From NCBI GenBank assembly GCA_043228905.1, contig JBHGNT010000017.1, forward strand, positions 18,538,001 to 18,602,000: a stretch of 64,000 bases of DNA. Direction: 5' to 3'. Positions within the stretch are counted from its first letter, which is position 1. The number at the start of each line of letters is the position of its first letter. The notes under the pieces are model-generated. The model was given only the letters and a program-made list of their open reading frames with translations. It was not told where the DNA came from and did not search any database. The stretch is from Azolla caroliniana (Eukaryota; Plantae; Polypodiophyta). Both the position numbers and the translations under genes were made by a program. Below, piece by piece: positions 24,032 through 35,432 of this stretch.

Positions 24032-27000
24032 TGTTGAGAGACAAGCTCAACATTCGGTGCGAAGTACGCAACGTAACCCAGTGCGTAGATTGGGTGCATG
24101 AAAAAGTATGCACAATAGGGCCACATCGGTGTGAAAACCGAAGAGGCGGTTAGAGCATTATTCCTCGTAAAGGAATAATTTTGGTAGTTTGTGTAGTCGC
24201 TTCATTTATGAACATTCAAGTGCTGTCAGTACTTGTCTCACCCCGATTGTCAAGGCTTGTATATAAGCTGCTCACTGAGCACGAAGTATGTACAAAACAA
24301 AGCGTCATTATTTTGAAATAGAACTGACTTGTCTGCTCTCTCTGTCTCTCCCTCTCCATCTCCATCTCTGTATTTTCTGAGTTCTCCAAACTATGTACTC
24401 TGTGTTCCGCATACGCTTCCACACACATATTCTTTTACATGGTATCAGAGCGCGAGGGTTGAAGTCCTCTAAAGCCGACAAGAAATCGTTGCGTCAAACA
24501 AAGCTGAAGGGTCTTGTTTTTTGGAAGAAATAACACAGAGACATGGACAGAGGTATGGGAAGCTCACTTTCCCTGAAAATCTTGACAAAAGCAACTACGT
24601 ATCTTGGTCGTACAAGATGCACCAGTACCTGCTCGGACATGGTTACTGGAGTTATGTCGAAGGAGCAAACGATGTGGGGCACCCGACTCGGCACACAGAG
24701 ACTATCTGGCTTGGGAACAAGCAACAAGCAGAAGTTCTTTACTGCTTCGCGTCCTGTGTGAGCAACCAACTGTTGAGCTACATTCGGGATGCCAAGATGC
24801 CAAAGGACACATGGGCGAATCTCAAAAGGATTTTCGCCGCCAACACAACGACTAAGAAGCTGCAGCTCAGACAGGACCTCAGCAATATCCAACAGAGAGA
24901 TCTGTCTATGGCCGATTATACGGCCCGAATCAAGGAAATATGTGACTCACTCGCCTCCGTCAATGTAAACGTCGAGGAGGACGAGATGGTGCAAGTGTGC
25001 CTTGGTGGGCTAGAGTCCAGGTTCGGAGCTTTCCGAACGGCGGTCTGCATGAGGGAGAATACACCTTCGTTTTTCGAGCTTCAGTCAATGTTGCTCGTAG
25101 AAGAAAACCACACGGGTGCGTCGACGAGTGCGCACGCCGATGATGGCAAGATGCTCTACACGGAGGATGATAGGCCCCGTGGTCATGGTAGACGAGGTGG
25201 ATCGGCGCGCAATGGAGGCGGCCGAAAAGAGAAGAATGTATGGCATAATCAAGATGCCGAAAACAATTCCGAACCCTCCGAAAGCAAGGGGAGTCATGGC
25301 GGCGCCGGAAGACGGCAAGAGAAGGCCACGTCGGATTGTTGGTACTCTGGCAAGAAAGTCCACAAGGAGAGCGAGTGCTAGAAGAAACAAGCCAATTCAG
25401 ACAAAGTTGGATCGAGCGGAAGAGATGCAAGAAGGCGTCAAAAATCGCACTACGCTAAGGGCTCCGAACGAACCGGAAATGGAGCGGGCCCTACCTTCGT
25501 AATGAATCATAAGGCCAACTCAATGGCCGTGAACACCTCAAAATCGAGCGAGGTGTGGTATGTTGATTCCGGAGCGTCAAATCATATGACAAGCCATGCG
25601 GAGTGGTTCTCATACTTGGAGAAGTCGGAATCATGAGGGGTTGTCGAAACGGGAGATGACACCCCGCATACCATCGAACATGTCGGTGAAGTTCCCCTCA
25701 GCCACGTCGGGCAGAAAGGGAAGCTTATGAACGTGTTGCACGTCCCGACAATAACGAAGAACTTGGTGTCGGTCGGTCAGATCGTCGACCAAGGTATGCA
25801 AGTTCGATTCACGCACCTCGGCTACTTCATAAAAGAGGAAGGCAAAGTGATCGCACAAGGGCGCCGTGAAGGGAGGATGTTTATCCTCAAAACCAATAAT
25901 GTGGGCACCGCAATGTTCGCAAAAGGACAGAAGGTCAAGTCGGATATCGACCAGTGGCACAAGCAGTTCGGCCACGTAAATTTCCCGCGGCTTTGTGAGA
26001 TGCAGACGAAGAACATCGTTTTCGGATTGCCAAAAGTTCGGGGCCATAATGGCCAAGTTTGCGAAGCCTGTCAGATGGGAAAACATCACCGACTTCCATT
26101 CCCCAACGAGCGTAATCGGAGCTGTAATCCGCTCGATTTGATCCATTCGGATGTGTGGGGACCGGCATAGAACGTGAGTCTCAATGGAAGCCGTTACTTT
26201 GTAATCTTCATCGATGATTTCACTCGGCACACGTGGGCATGCATGATCGCAAAGAAGAGCGAAGTTTTCGCATGTTTCCTAAAGGTGAAGAGCCTTGCAG
26301 AAAGGGAAATGGGGTGTAAGATCAAATGCCTACGGTCCGATGGCGGGAAGGAGTACTTCTCCGACCAGTTCACATGTTATCTACGGAAGGAGGGAATTCA
26401 ATGCGAATTCTCATGTAGATACACACTGCAACATAACGGTGTGGCCGAGTGGAAGAATCGGACGATTGAAGAAGCGACCAGGGCAATTCTTGAAGAGAAG
26501 CATATGCCGAAATTCTATTGGGTTGAAGCCGTGAAGACGGCTATCTACCTACAAAATCGGACTTCTACTGATGGAGGAGTGTCGCCACATGAGTTGTATT
26601 TCGGGAAGAAGCCGAACTTGCAACACTTGAAGATTTTCGGTAGCATTGCTTATGTGCATGTGCCGAAAGAAAAGAGGAGGAAGTTGGATGCCAAAGCCGA
26701 AAAGTGCATCTTAGTCGGCTATCCAGACGAGTAGAGGGGTATAAATGTTATACCCCCCGAACAAAGGAAGTACACGTAAGTCGAGATGTCGTGTTCGACG
26801 AATCCGCTTCATGGTACTTGCCTTCACCTCCAATACCTCAAGACTCCATTCCGATTTCTAAAGAAGAAATCAGCGAGGCTGAAATGCCTCCGCATGATGA
26901 AGCAATCGGAGCTCTAAGAGAGAGTCTGATCTCATTTCGGCTGAGTGGGCCGAATGAGGGGTTGGGCCGAGATGGCCAACCAGATGATGAGATGGCAAGT

Positions 27001-29785
27001 AGTGGAGACTCAACCGTGATGTCCCTGCATAAAGAATCGAGGAGACGGTTTACGCGTAAAGAGAAAGGGAAGAAGAAAATTTCGGAATATGACTTCAGCA
27101 GTGCTGAGTCAGATCAGAGCGAGTCTGACTACGGGCAAACTGAAAAGGAACCTCCACGGAAGAGGTCGACAGTTGCCAAAAAATCAGGTAATCACGAATT
27201 ACGCCGATCTACCTGCCTGAAGAACCCCGTAAAGAGATACGGGATAATGAGTACATGGTGCACCATTACGTGTACATGATGCGAGTAGCAGAAGTGCGTG
27301 AGCCGGAGAGCTACGCAGAAGCGGCAAGGGACGCGAATTGGCGTGCCACAATGGAGGAAGAGATGCACGCATTGGTGGAAAATGAAACCTAGGACCTGGT
27401 TGACGCATCGAAAGAAGTGAAGCCGATAGGATACAAATGGGTGTATAAGGTGAAATACAACATCGATGGCTCTGTCAACCGCTACAAGGCCCGTTTAGTA
27501 GCAAAAGGCTACGCCCAGAAGCACGGCGTGGACTATGACGAGACCTTTGCGCCTATTGCGAAGATAACTACCGTGCGAGTCCTACTAGTCGTAGTCGCGG
27601 CAAAGGGGTGGCACTTACATCAGATGGATGTAAAGAACGTGTTCCTGCAAGGTGATCTTGAGGAGCAGGTGTACATGGTACAGGACCCCAGATTTCTATC
27701 TGAACAAAACACCTCGGCAGTTTGCCGATTGAAGAAGTCCTTATATAGACTAAAGCAAGCCCCGAGAGCTTGGAACGCAAAGATTACGCAACAATTGCGT
27801 AGGATGGGGTTTGCGTCGTCGAAATCAGACTCTTCTCTATTTGTTCGGCAAGGTCAATATGGCCCGGTCAGCCTGCTCTTGTATGTTGATGATTTAGTCA
27901 TCGCCGGTGCCGATCTAGAAGAAATCCGCCGTGTAAAGTCTCAACTTGCAGCATCATTCGAAATGAAGGATCTCAGAGACCTTCATTACTTCCTCGGGAT
28001 CGAAGTGATCCGCAACCCCGAAGGCATATTGATCAATCGGTGTCATTACACGTTGAATATGCTATTCAAGTTCGGGATGGCAAATTGTAAGCCCATCTTG
28101 ACCCCTCTCAACAGAAATGCAAAGCTTCGCCGAGATTCGGGGAAGGCATTCGACCCAACACGGTTCCGACAGATTGTCGGAAGTCTTATCAATCTGACGA
28201 TTACTTGGCCGGATCTTAATTATCCAGTTGGCCTAATCAGTCAATTCATGTCGCAGCCTACGACCGAACACTTTCAATGCGCGCAACAGATATTGCGATA
28301 TGTAAGCGGCACGAAAGACATGGCATTGCTATATCGAGTAGGCGTAGCCGAACAGTTAGTCGGCTACACGGATGCCGATTGGGCCGAAAACGCCAGTGAT
28401 CGTAAATCCACATCCGGATACGCCTTCTTGTTAGGAAGTGCGGCGATCGCGTGGAGCAACAAAAAGCAGCCGACAGTAACATTGTCGAGCACGGAGGCCG
28501 AATATCGAGGGGCGACTGTCGCTACGTGCGAAGTCATTTGGCTAAAACGGCTATTATGGGATCTACAGGTAGAGGTGTATGATCCGACGATGATCTATTG
28601 TGACAACCTCAACAGTATCCACCTTGCGAAAAACCCCGTGTTCCACACCCGGACCAAGCACATTGAGGTGCATTACCATTTTGTCTGCGAGCGGGTCCTT
28701 TCAGGAGAAGTCGAATTGGTGCATGTTTCAACTGATCGGCAAATTGCTGACATCTTCACAAAACCTCTTGGTCTCGACAAGTTACGGCATTTCTCGGGTG
28801 CGCTTGGGTTGCGTCACCTCGACACGCCGAACTTGAGGGGGAGAAAGGAAGAATAGGGACAAGAGCGTGAAAGGAGCGTAGGTGAGCATCACGGCGGAAG
28901 TGACCAAGATGCGGAGTCGGATGGAGAATTTGACTTCGAACCAACTGAAGAAGCCGAAGAAGAAAGAAAGGGCCGCAATTGTAGGGAAGAGCTGAGGATG
29001 GCCAAATCAGGGGGAGATACAGCCAAGAAGGGCGTAAAGGCCAAGACAAAGACTTGGTCTAATGTAGTCAAAGGCCTAAAGACAGGAGACGAACTGGAGA
29101 CAGCCAATTCGGATGAGAGCGGAATTGAATCGGAATGTTCGATTCGGATACACCGAATCAACTGAAGGCCATGCGAAGAAAAGGGCAGCGAAGGACGCGC
29201 CGACACCGCGACAACAAGGGAGCTAAGAAGGACCGAACAATCAGACAAGCCGACCGGAAGGGTCGAAGCGTGCGGAATCGAACGGATTGAGGAGCGCGAG
29301 GGAGGCGTGAAGCTAGAAGGAACCGAAGCATAGATCCGGTGGAGCAAGTGGAACCTCAAGTTGAGCTTGAGGGGGAATGTTGAGAGACAAGCTCAACATT
29401 TGGTGCGAAGTATGCAGCGTAACCTAGTGTGTAGACTGGGTGCGTGAAAAAGTATGCACAACAGGGCTGCATCGGTGTGAAAACCGAAGAGGTCGTTAGA
29501 GCGTTATTCCTCGTAAAGGAATAATTTTGGTAGTTTGTGTAGTCGGCTCATTTATGAGCATTCAAGTACTGTCAGTACTTGTCTCATCCCGATTGTCAGG
29601 GCTTGTATATAAGCTGCTCACTGAGCACGAAGTATGTACAGAACAGAGCGTCATTATTTTGAAATAGAACTGACTTGTCTGATCTCTCTATCTCTCCCTC
29701 TCCCTCTCCATCTCTGTGTTTTCTAAGTTCTCCAAACTATGTACTCTGTGTTTCGCATACGCTTCCGCACACGTATTCTTTTACA
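24032..29785 (+). mobile_element. Full-length Ty1/Copia element (family B), inactivated by point mutations
   Basis: 408-bp LTRs at 24032..24439 and 29378..29785; PBS TGGTATCAGAGC 24440-24451; PPT before 29378; TSD CGTAA/CATAA (one mismatch); gag-PR(WYVDSGASNHM)-INT-RT-RH in order. Confidence 0.97.
27417..28856 (+). CDS. Copia RT/RNase H open segment of Pol
   Basis: 479-aa ORF: [49 protein letters not shown] fragment of a broken polyprotein, not an independent gene. Confidence 0.9.
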   Translation: MKPIGYKWVYKVKYNIDGSVNRYKARLVAKGYAQKHGVDYDETFAPIAKITTVRVLLVVVAAKGWHLHQMDVKNVFLQGDLEEQVYMVQDPRFLSEQNTSAVCRLKKSLYRLKQAPRAWNAKITQQLRRMGFASSKSDSSLFVRQGQYGPVSLLLYVDDLVIAGADLEEIRRVKSQLAASFEMKDLRDLHYFLGIEVIRNPEGILINRCHYTLNMLFKFGMANCKPILTPLNRNAKLRRDSGKAFDPTRFRQIVGSLINLTITWPDLNYPVGLISQFMSQPTTEHFQCAQQILRYVSGTKDMALLYRVGVAEQLVGYTDADWAENASDRKSTSGYAFLLGSAAIAWSNKKQPTVTLSSTEAEYRGATVATCEVIWLKRLLWDLQVEVYDPTMIYCDNLNSIHLAKNPVFHTRTKHIEVHYHFVCERVLSGEVELVHVSTDRQIADIFTKPLGLDKLRHFSGALGLRHLDTPNLRGRKEE

Positions 29786-29907
29786 CATAATATCACCTGA
29801 ATTACTTATGGCTCGTCAACTTATGAAACTTTACTAGCTCTCCAGAAGCTAGAGAATGGAGGAAGCACTTCACTCAATTGGAAGCTAAAGTATAAGCCAC
29901 TCAATTT

Positions 29908-30147
29908 ATGAAACTCCGCCATAAGGGGATGAAAAATTCCATCAATAACATAGAGAGTGGTGTAGACAAAAACCAACTGCACTACCTTCCATGTGAAATC
30001 TATGGTAGCGACACAATGGCCTTAGTTGACAAAGGAGTTGGTATTATGGTCATATCATACAAACATTGGTTACAACTTGGTTTGCAAACGCTCATGAAAT
30101 GTATTGGCCAACACCTGCATCGCAATGCAGTAACCATTAGTGCATGA
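29908..30147 (+). pseudogene. Retropepsin-like protease relic of an old Gypsy element
   Basis: YLPCEIYGSDTMALVDKGVGIMVISYKHWLQLGL resembles the ALVDTGA active-site context. GTCAACTTATGAAACTT occurs on both sides of the Copia B insertion (23966 and 29815). Confidence 0.5.
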
Positions 30148-30413
30148 GTCACTTTCACACAACATTAACACCCTCAATGTTGAGACACGTGTTCAGTTTT
30201 CTTGTGAGAACCTCATTAGAACCATGCATTCTCAAGAAAGATTAGGTGATGCAAGTAAATATATAGTTGTTCTGAGTTGCCACCCAATGTATTTTTTAAC
30301 TTCTTATGACCTTCAAACAAGACTTCTTGCACAAGGCTTGACCTCAAGATGACCACCTCCTTTGGTGAGTATACTCAAGTCAAACTTTGTAGTTGATGTA
30401 TCTTTGTAGTTGA

Positions 30414-30479
30414 TGTATGTATGTATGTATGTATGTATGTATGTATGTATGTATGTATGTATGTATGTATGTATGTATA

Positions 30480-30548
<69 letters not shown>
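30414..30548. repeat. Compound microsatellite (TATG)n-(TG)n
   Basis: Directly visible. Confidence 0.98.
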
Positions 30549-30549
<1 letters not shown>

Positions 30550-32873
30550 CTATGTATGTAAGAACGATGAAACATCCAAAATTATTTGTTTATTTGGTTT
30601 CTTAGGTCAATTTTGTCCTTTAGGACTAAAAAACTTTGTTACATTCTATCCATTTTAAGCTTTGATATGCTTCTTTAATCTTGAGCTTAAGCCTTAAACA
30701 TTTACCTTAAGTGCTTAAGCATTACACTCTTGGAAGAATGTGGTTGGTTTGGCCATTTGAGTAATTGTGGAGGTATATGAATTTCTTGATTTTTTGTTTA
30801 GGTTATTACCTAATTAAGTTATTAACTTATATGAAAGTTAAGTCTACATACATGTCACTTCTTCATTATTGATGGTGTCAAGAGTAAAAATGAGGAGAAG
30901 CAGACTAACTAATCTTACTTCACTCAAGAGAGAGGGATTCATATTGTAAAGACTTCCTTACTTGCCCATAATACCTAGCATCACAAATGTTGTTGGCAAC
31001 ATTTAGGCACTAGCTGGAGAGCCTATTTATAATAGAGGTGAGGTTATAACTTCTACAAAAATTTAATTTAAGTTATTTTGGCTCATTGGAAGTAAACAAA
31101 TAGTATTCATTTATTTGATATGTCTACATAAACTAGAGTGTAAGAAATCCTCGATAAACTCAATCTAACTTGTATATTTTGAAGTATTGTACTAAGTAAC
31201 ATTTAATAAATTCAAAATTAGAACTGCCTTTTTGAAATAGACAAATTTTCAATATTATTGAGGGAGGGATTACATGGTGATAGATGGAATGAATTTTCAT
31301 AACATGTTTTAAGATATGTCTAAAGAGACCGGGATGTGGAAACAAAAAAGAAACTGAGCTTTACCTTATTTTGGAGACTAGAGTTGCTCTTCATTGGTTT
31401 TATGGTTTAGCTTTTATACATTATTATTTTACGTTTTTATTTTTGTTGTCATTGGATTGTTAAATTGTTGTAACTTGTTTCCATAATGTGATGACAAGAA
31501 TTTAAAGATATTAATATAAATGACTTTAGAAATATATGATAATGAGAACTTTTACATATTGCACTTAGCTCCCAATAGCTTAATCTAAAACCTCTTAGAT
31601 ATAAGATCTTTTATATAGATTTTGTTCTTCTCTTGAAGATATTGGTGCTTGTATTTACCCAAGTTTAAAAAAGGGTTCAAATTGTTGAATTCTAATTTCC
31701 ATCCACATAACCAATGAAGTATAGAGAGAGAGACAAAGACACAAAGAGAGAGAGAGAGAGAGAGAAGCAATATGGTGTACCTCAAGCAAGTCGATGTCTC
31801 TCTATACATCCTAAAACATGAGTTGGAATAGTTTTTCCAAGGTAAACAATTGACTATGTATCGAGTAACTCAATGCTTTACGTAAGAATATGTTATATCG
31901 TGACTCGTGACTTGATGATTGGAGTTATTTACTGCGAATGGTTACAAATTCGATGTGCATCGTTCACACAATAAGTAAGCCAACACTTCTATCAAAAATA
32001 TATAGCCTTGAAGTCAAGATGGCACTGCATGATCAAGCCCAACATTTTATTTGGTTGATTAATCCTATATTCCCTAGATCATCCTCCATAAATGTGGGTA
32101 ATTATTTTACCTCTCGCCCAACATGTTTGATGACAATCTTTTAATGTCAACTAAAGAAACGTGATGTTGGAACTCCATTCTTTGATTTTGGGCGAAAAGA
32201 TTTGAAAGCAACATTATATGATGTTTGTTTGAGATCAAAGCGATATGTATAATGGGAAATCGATATTTGATTGACAATAACCAAAAAGAAACCAAAATAA
32301 TTGTACCATAAATGAGCAAGCACATAGCCCAAGTTCTAGTTATGGTGTGCCCCAGTCGAAAGATGATGTTTTGTGTCAAAACAAAAGAAGAAGAAGAAGA
32401 AGAATGGATCACGCATGGTATACTAAATATATAATCAAGCAAAGGATTTACAATATTCCGTGGACACCCTTCCCTAACGTGAGTTAGTTATAAGTTATAA
32501 TCGTACATGTCAAGGGATGTCCAAGTGAAAAAGGTTAGTTATGAATGGTTATGACTATGGGAACAAGGGTTTGACCACAGCGAAGGAAGAATAGCATGGT
32601 ATAAAGGCGTGGGCAATGTTTCATCACAATGTCAAATGTTTGGATTTCCTCTTGTCAAAGGAAGGATCAAGTCATCTTGAAGGCTGAATTTCGGCCTCTC
32701 CCCCCATTAGCATTTGAACATCTCTCCATGGGTTCCAAGCAAAAAAGTATCAAATGTCTCCTAGAGGCTCAAAATCCAGCATCGCCATCCAAGGGCCGGT
32801 GTTTTGGAAGAGGTGTTGCAATACTTGGGCCGAACAAAAGTTTGATTTGGGATGTTGGATCATGACAGGCTAT

Positions 32874-34697
32874 TTAAGAGACAAAAGATCTCGGAGGAGA
32901 TCGTTTGATTATGCGAGAGCGTGTGGCGAGTAGCGTCGATCTTAGTTTCGGCAATGAGAGGGTGAGATCTTGGCCTTCAAGGTAAATACGCTTGGTTTCC
33001 GACCAACCTTTGGCATTGACAAGGTTCGGGTTGGCAAGGACGGGATGTTGGAGGGGGTACACATTCGATAGGGAGCTCTCCAATGCCGAGACGTTGTATT
33101 GCACGTAATCGAGGCCGAGCTTCATTGCGGGCTCACCATAGTAAGTGGCCGCCGCCCAGTCCGTGCCGAGGGGCACCACTTGAATGAAAGTAGTGCCGGG
33201 CCGCATGAACAATAGATGGGTCATGGCGGCTCCATGCACGCCCATCATAACATCGCAGACGTGGAGCGCGGAGTAAATGTCCACCATCTCAGTGGTCGGG
33301 ACCGGTGAGAGGATTTGGACATCAAACCCTAAATCTCGAGCCATGGATGCAACTTCCTCCTGGTTCACGATCGCGCGGGGGCTCTTGCGGGACACAATCA
33401 CGAGCTTCGGCCGTCCACGATGCGGCCAAGACGAAGAAGAAATACCTTCTTCTTGCAATTCATTCGTTTCGGTCACAACCGGAGACATTGCGGCTCGGCT
33501 CTGCAATCTCGGGAGGTATGCGGAGTGAAGCATGGCTTGGAAATCTGCCATGGAAACTCGAGTTTCGCTCTGAGGATCTATGGAGAGCTCATCGTGGATG
33601 TGAAGCCCGACTTTGAGCTCGGGAAAGCAATGGACACGCTGGTCATTGGCCATGTCAATGACTTCGTGGTTCGTGATCTGGGAGATGATCTCTGCATATT
33701 TGGTGATCCACCATGAATGATACTCTAGCACCATGAGCACAACCTCGCCTTTGTAGGCCCCCGCGGTGAGGAAAAGAGGGATGAGGCCATCATTGAATTC
33801 ATGGTAGACATTGCCCGTGTAGCCGCCCGTGGAGAAGACAATGGCCGGGACATCGTGCCGGACATCGCATATGTCCGGCCCATCAATCTTGTCCGTGCCC
33901 GTGCCCGTGCCCGTCCGATCCACCACTTCTCTTTGAATTACTACCGAATCGATGGTTTTCATCACATTCTCTTCCCATTTTCTAGTGTAAGGCCGCAGTG
34001 TCTCTTGCCTGTTTCGTCCGCCTTGTGCCTTCACGATTACTCTGTAATTGCTCGATTCGGCGGAGCGCGGGAGCACCCTCACATCGCCCCTCGCTACGCA
34101 CACATCAGTTCGAAAATGTGATCGATCACAATGCAAATTCTCATCTCCTCCTCCGAATCGATCAAGATTGTCTGATAAACCAACCATTGGTAACTGGTCA
34201 TTCATGAGCCACCATAATTAGGTCCCTACTTACAGCTATTTTTTCAGATGATTAGAACTTACTGTGATTAGCACTTGAAATTAACAGCACTCCTGTGCTC
34301 ATGAAGCGTCGCCCAGTGAATCGGTGGATGTCCAAGTAGTCATCTATACCATGGATTGGAATAAATTAAACACAGTTTCTCAAAAAAATTCATACAAGTT
34401 TATTTCAGCCTAAATCAAACAGCGTAACTTAATGCACGAATTGGATTCACTCTTTAGCATGAATCAAACACAGGAGGGCTCAAAATATATATATAAATAA
34501 AGGGGAAAAAAAAAATTTGAAAATTTGACAGGACCTAGATAGGAAGGATGCTTACGAATGGGGTTGAGGAAGGAGGCGATGGAGTGAATGAGAGCAGAGG
34601 CGAGGAGGAGGGAGAAGAGGAGGGTGGGGAAGAGGAGGGAGAGTTTGAGAGAGCTTTTGGGTGCACTGGAGTGTGGATGCAATGGAGAAGCAGACAT
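32874..34697 (-). CDS. Glycosyltransferase family 61 (xylan arabinosyl/xylosyltransferase-like, MUCI21/XAT-related), type II membrane protein
   Basis: Exon 34535..34697 encodes an N-terminal TM helix and ends at a phase-1 GT. Acceptor TTTATCAG gives exon 32874..34171 in phase. Motifs: CDRSHFRTDVC, RPYTRKWE, FSTGGYTGNVYHEFNDGLIPL, MMGVHGAAMTH, FIQVVPLG. An extra small exon is possible. Confidence 0.92.
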
Positions 34698-35266
34698 GGC
34701 GGAAACCCTAAATCCTCAGAGAGAGAGAGAGAGAGAGAGATCTGATGATGGGTGTTATTTAGTATGTATATGGAGAAAGGAATGAACTGGAGCCAACTCG
34801 AAACAGAGTAAGAAATCCAGCAGGAAAAGAACAGAGGAAATGATGAAGAAACAGGGGAAGGAAGGGGGGGGGGGGGGGGGAGTTAAAGAAGAAAACGTGT
34901 TATTTTTGGTTTCACACTTGAGGCCCCATTCTGTCCGGACACACCACACAACTCGCTATTCTTTCTTTCTTCCTTCCTTCCTTTCTTGTACAACCTTGGT
35001 GCTCACGGGAGTTACAACTCTTTTTACACACAAAATGAGATATTTGCCAAATCAATCTGTTTTTTTTTTTTTTTTTTACTTTGCTCTCTTTCTTCTTCTT
35101 TTTTACTCTACTCGGATAACCTCTTTCGGTTCCTAATCGATATGCAATGCACGAGAGCCCGTTTCTCTTATATGTGTATCCATTGTTACTTGGATTACCT
35201 TGTCAGGACCTCAGTAGTAAAAACCACAACCCTTTTTTCTCTGCTTTTTCTAGCACATGCGGTTTC

Positions 35267-35432
35267 GTGCCATCCATGCCTCCCGTGTCCAATCGGTTAA
35301 AACGTTATCCTGGATTTGGCTTCTTACTGTAGTACCCATAGAGTGTGTGCCATCCATGCCTCCCGTGTCCAATCGGTTAAAACGTTATCCTGGATTTGGC
35401 TTCTTAGTACTTACTATAGTACCCATAGAGTG
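35267..35432. repeat. Two-copy 80-bp tandem duplication upstream of the GT61 gene
   Basis: GTGCCATCCATGCCTCCCGTGTCCAATCGGTTAAAACGTTATCCTGGATTTGGCTTCTT is identical at 35267 and 35347. Confidence 0.95.

Noticed and set aside
25631-26230. Long antisense ORFs over pol (also 11091..11660, 17918..18517, 59035..59598)
   Set aside because: Shadow frames of retroelement coding sequence with no independent motifs.
30650-31500. Possible hAT or other transposase relic
   Set aside because: No diagnostic motif or terminal inverted repeats could be read.
34864-34880. Poly-G/C tracts as G-quadruplex elements (also 42552-42580, 49487-49498)
   Set aside because: Simple homopolymers of uncertain length; no evidence of function.
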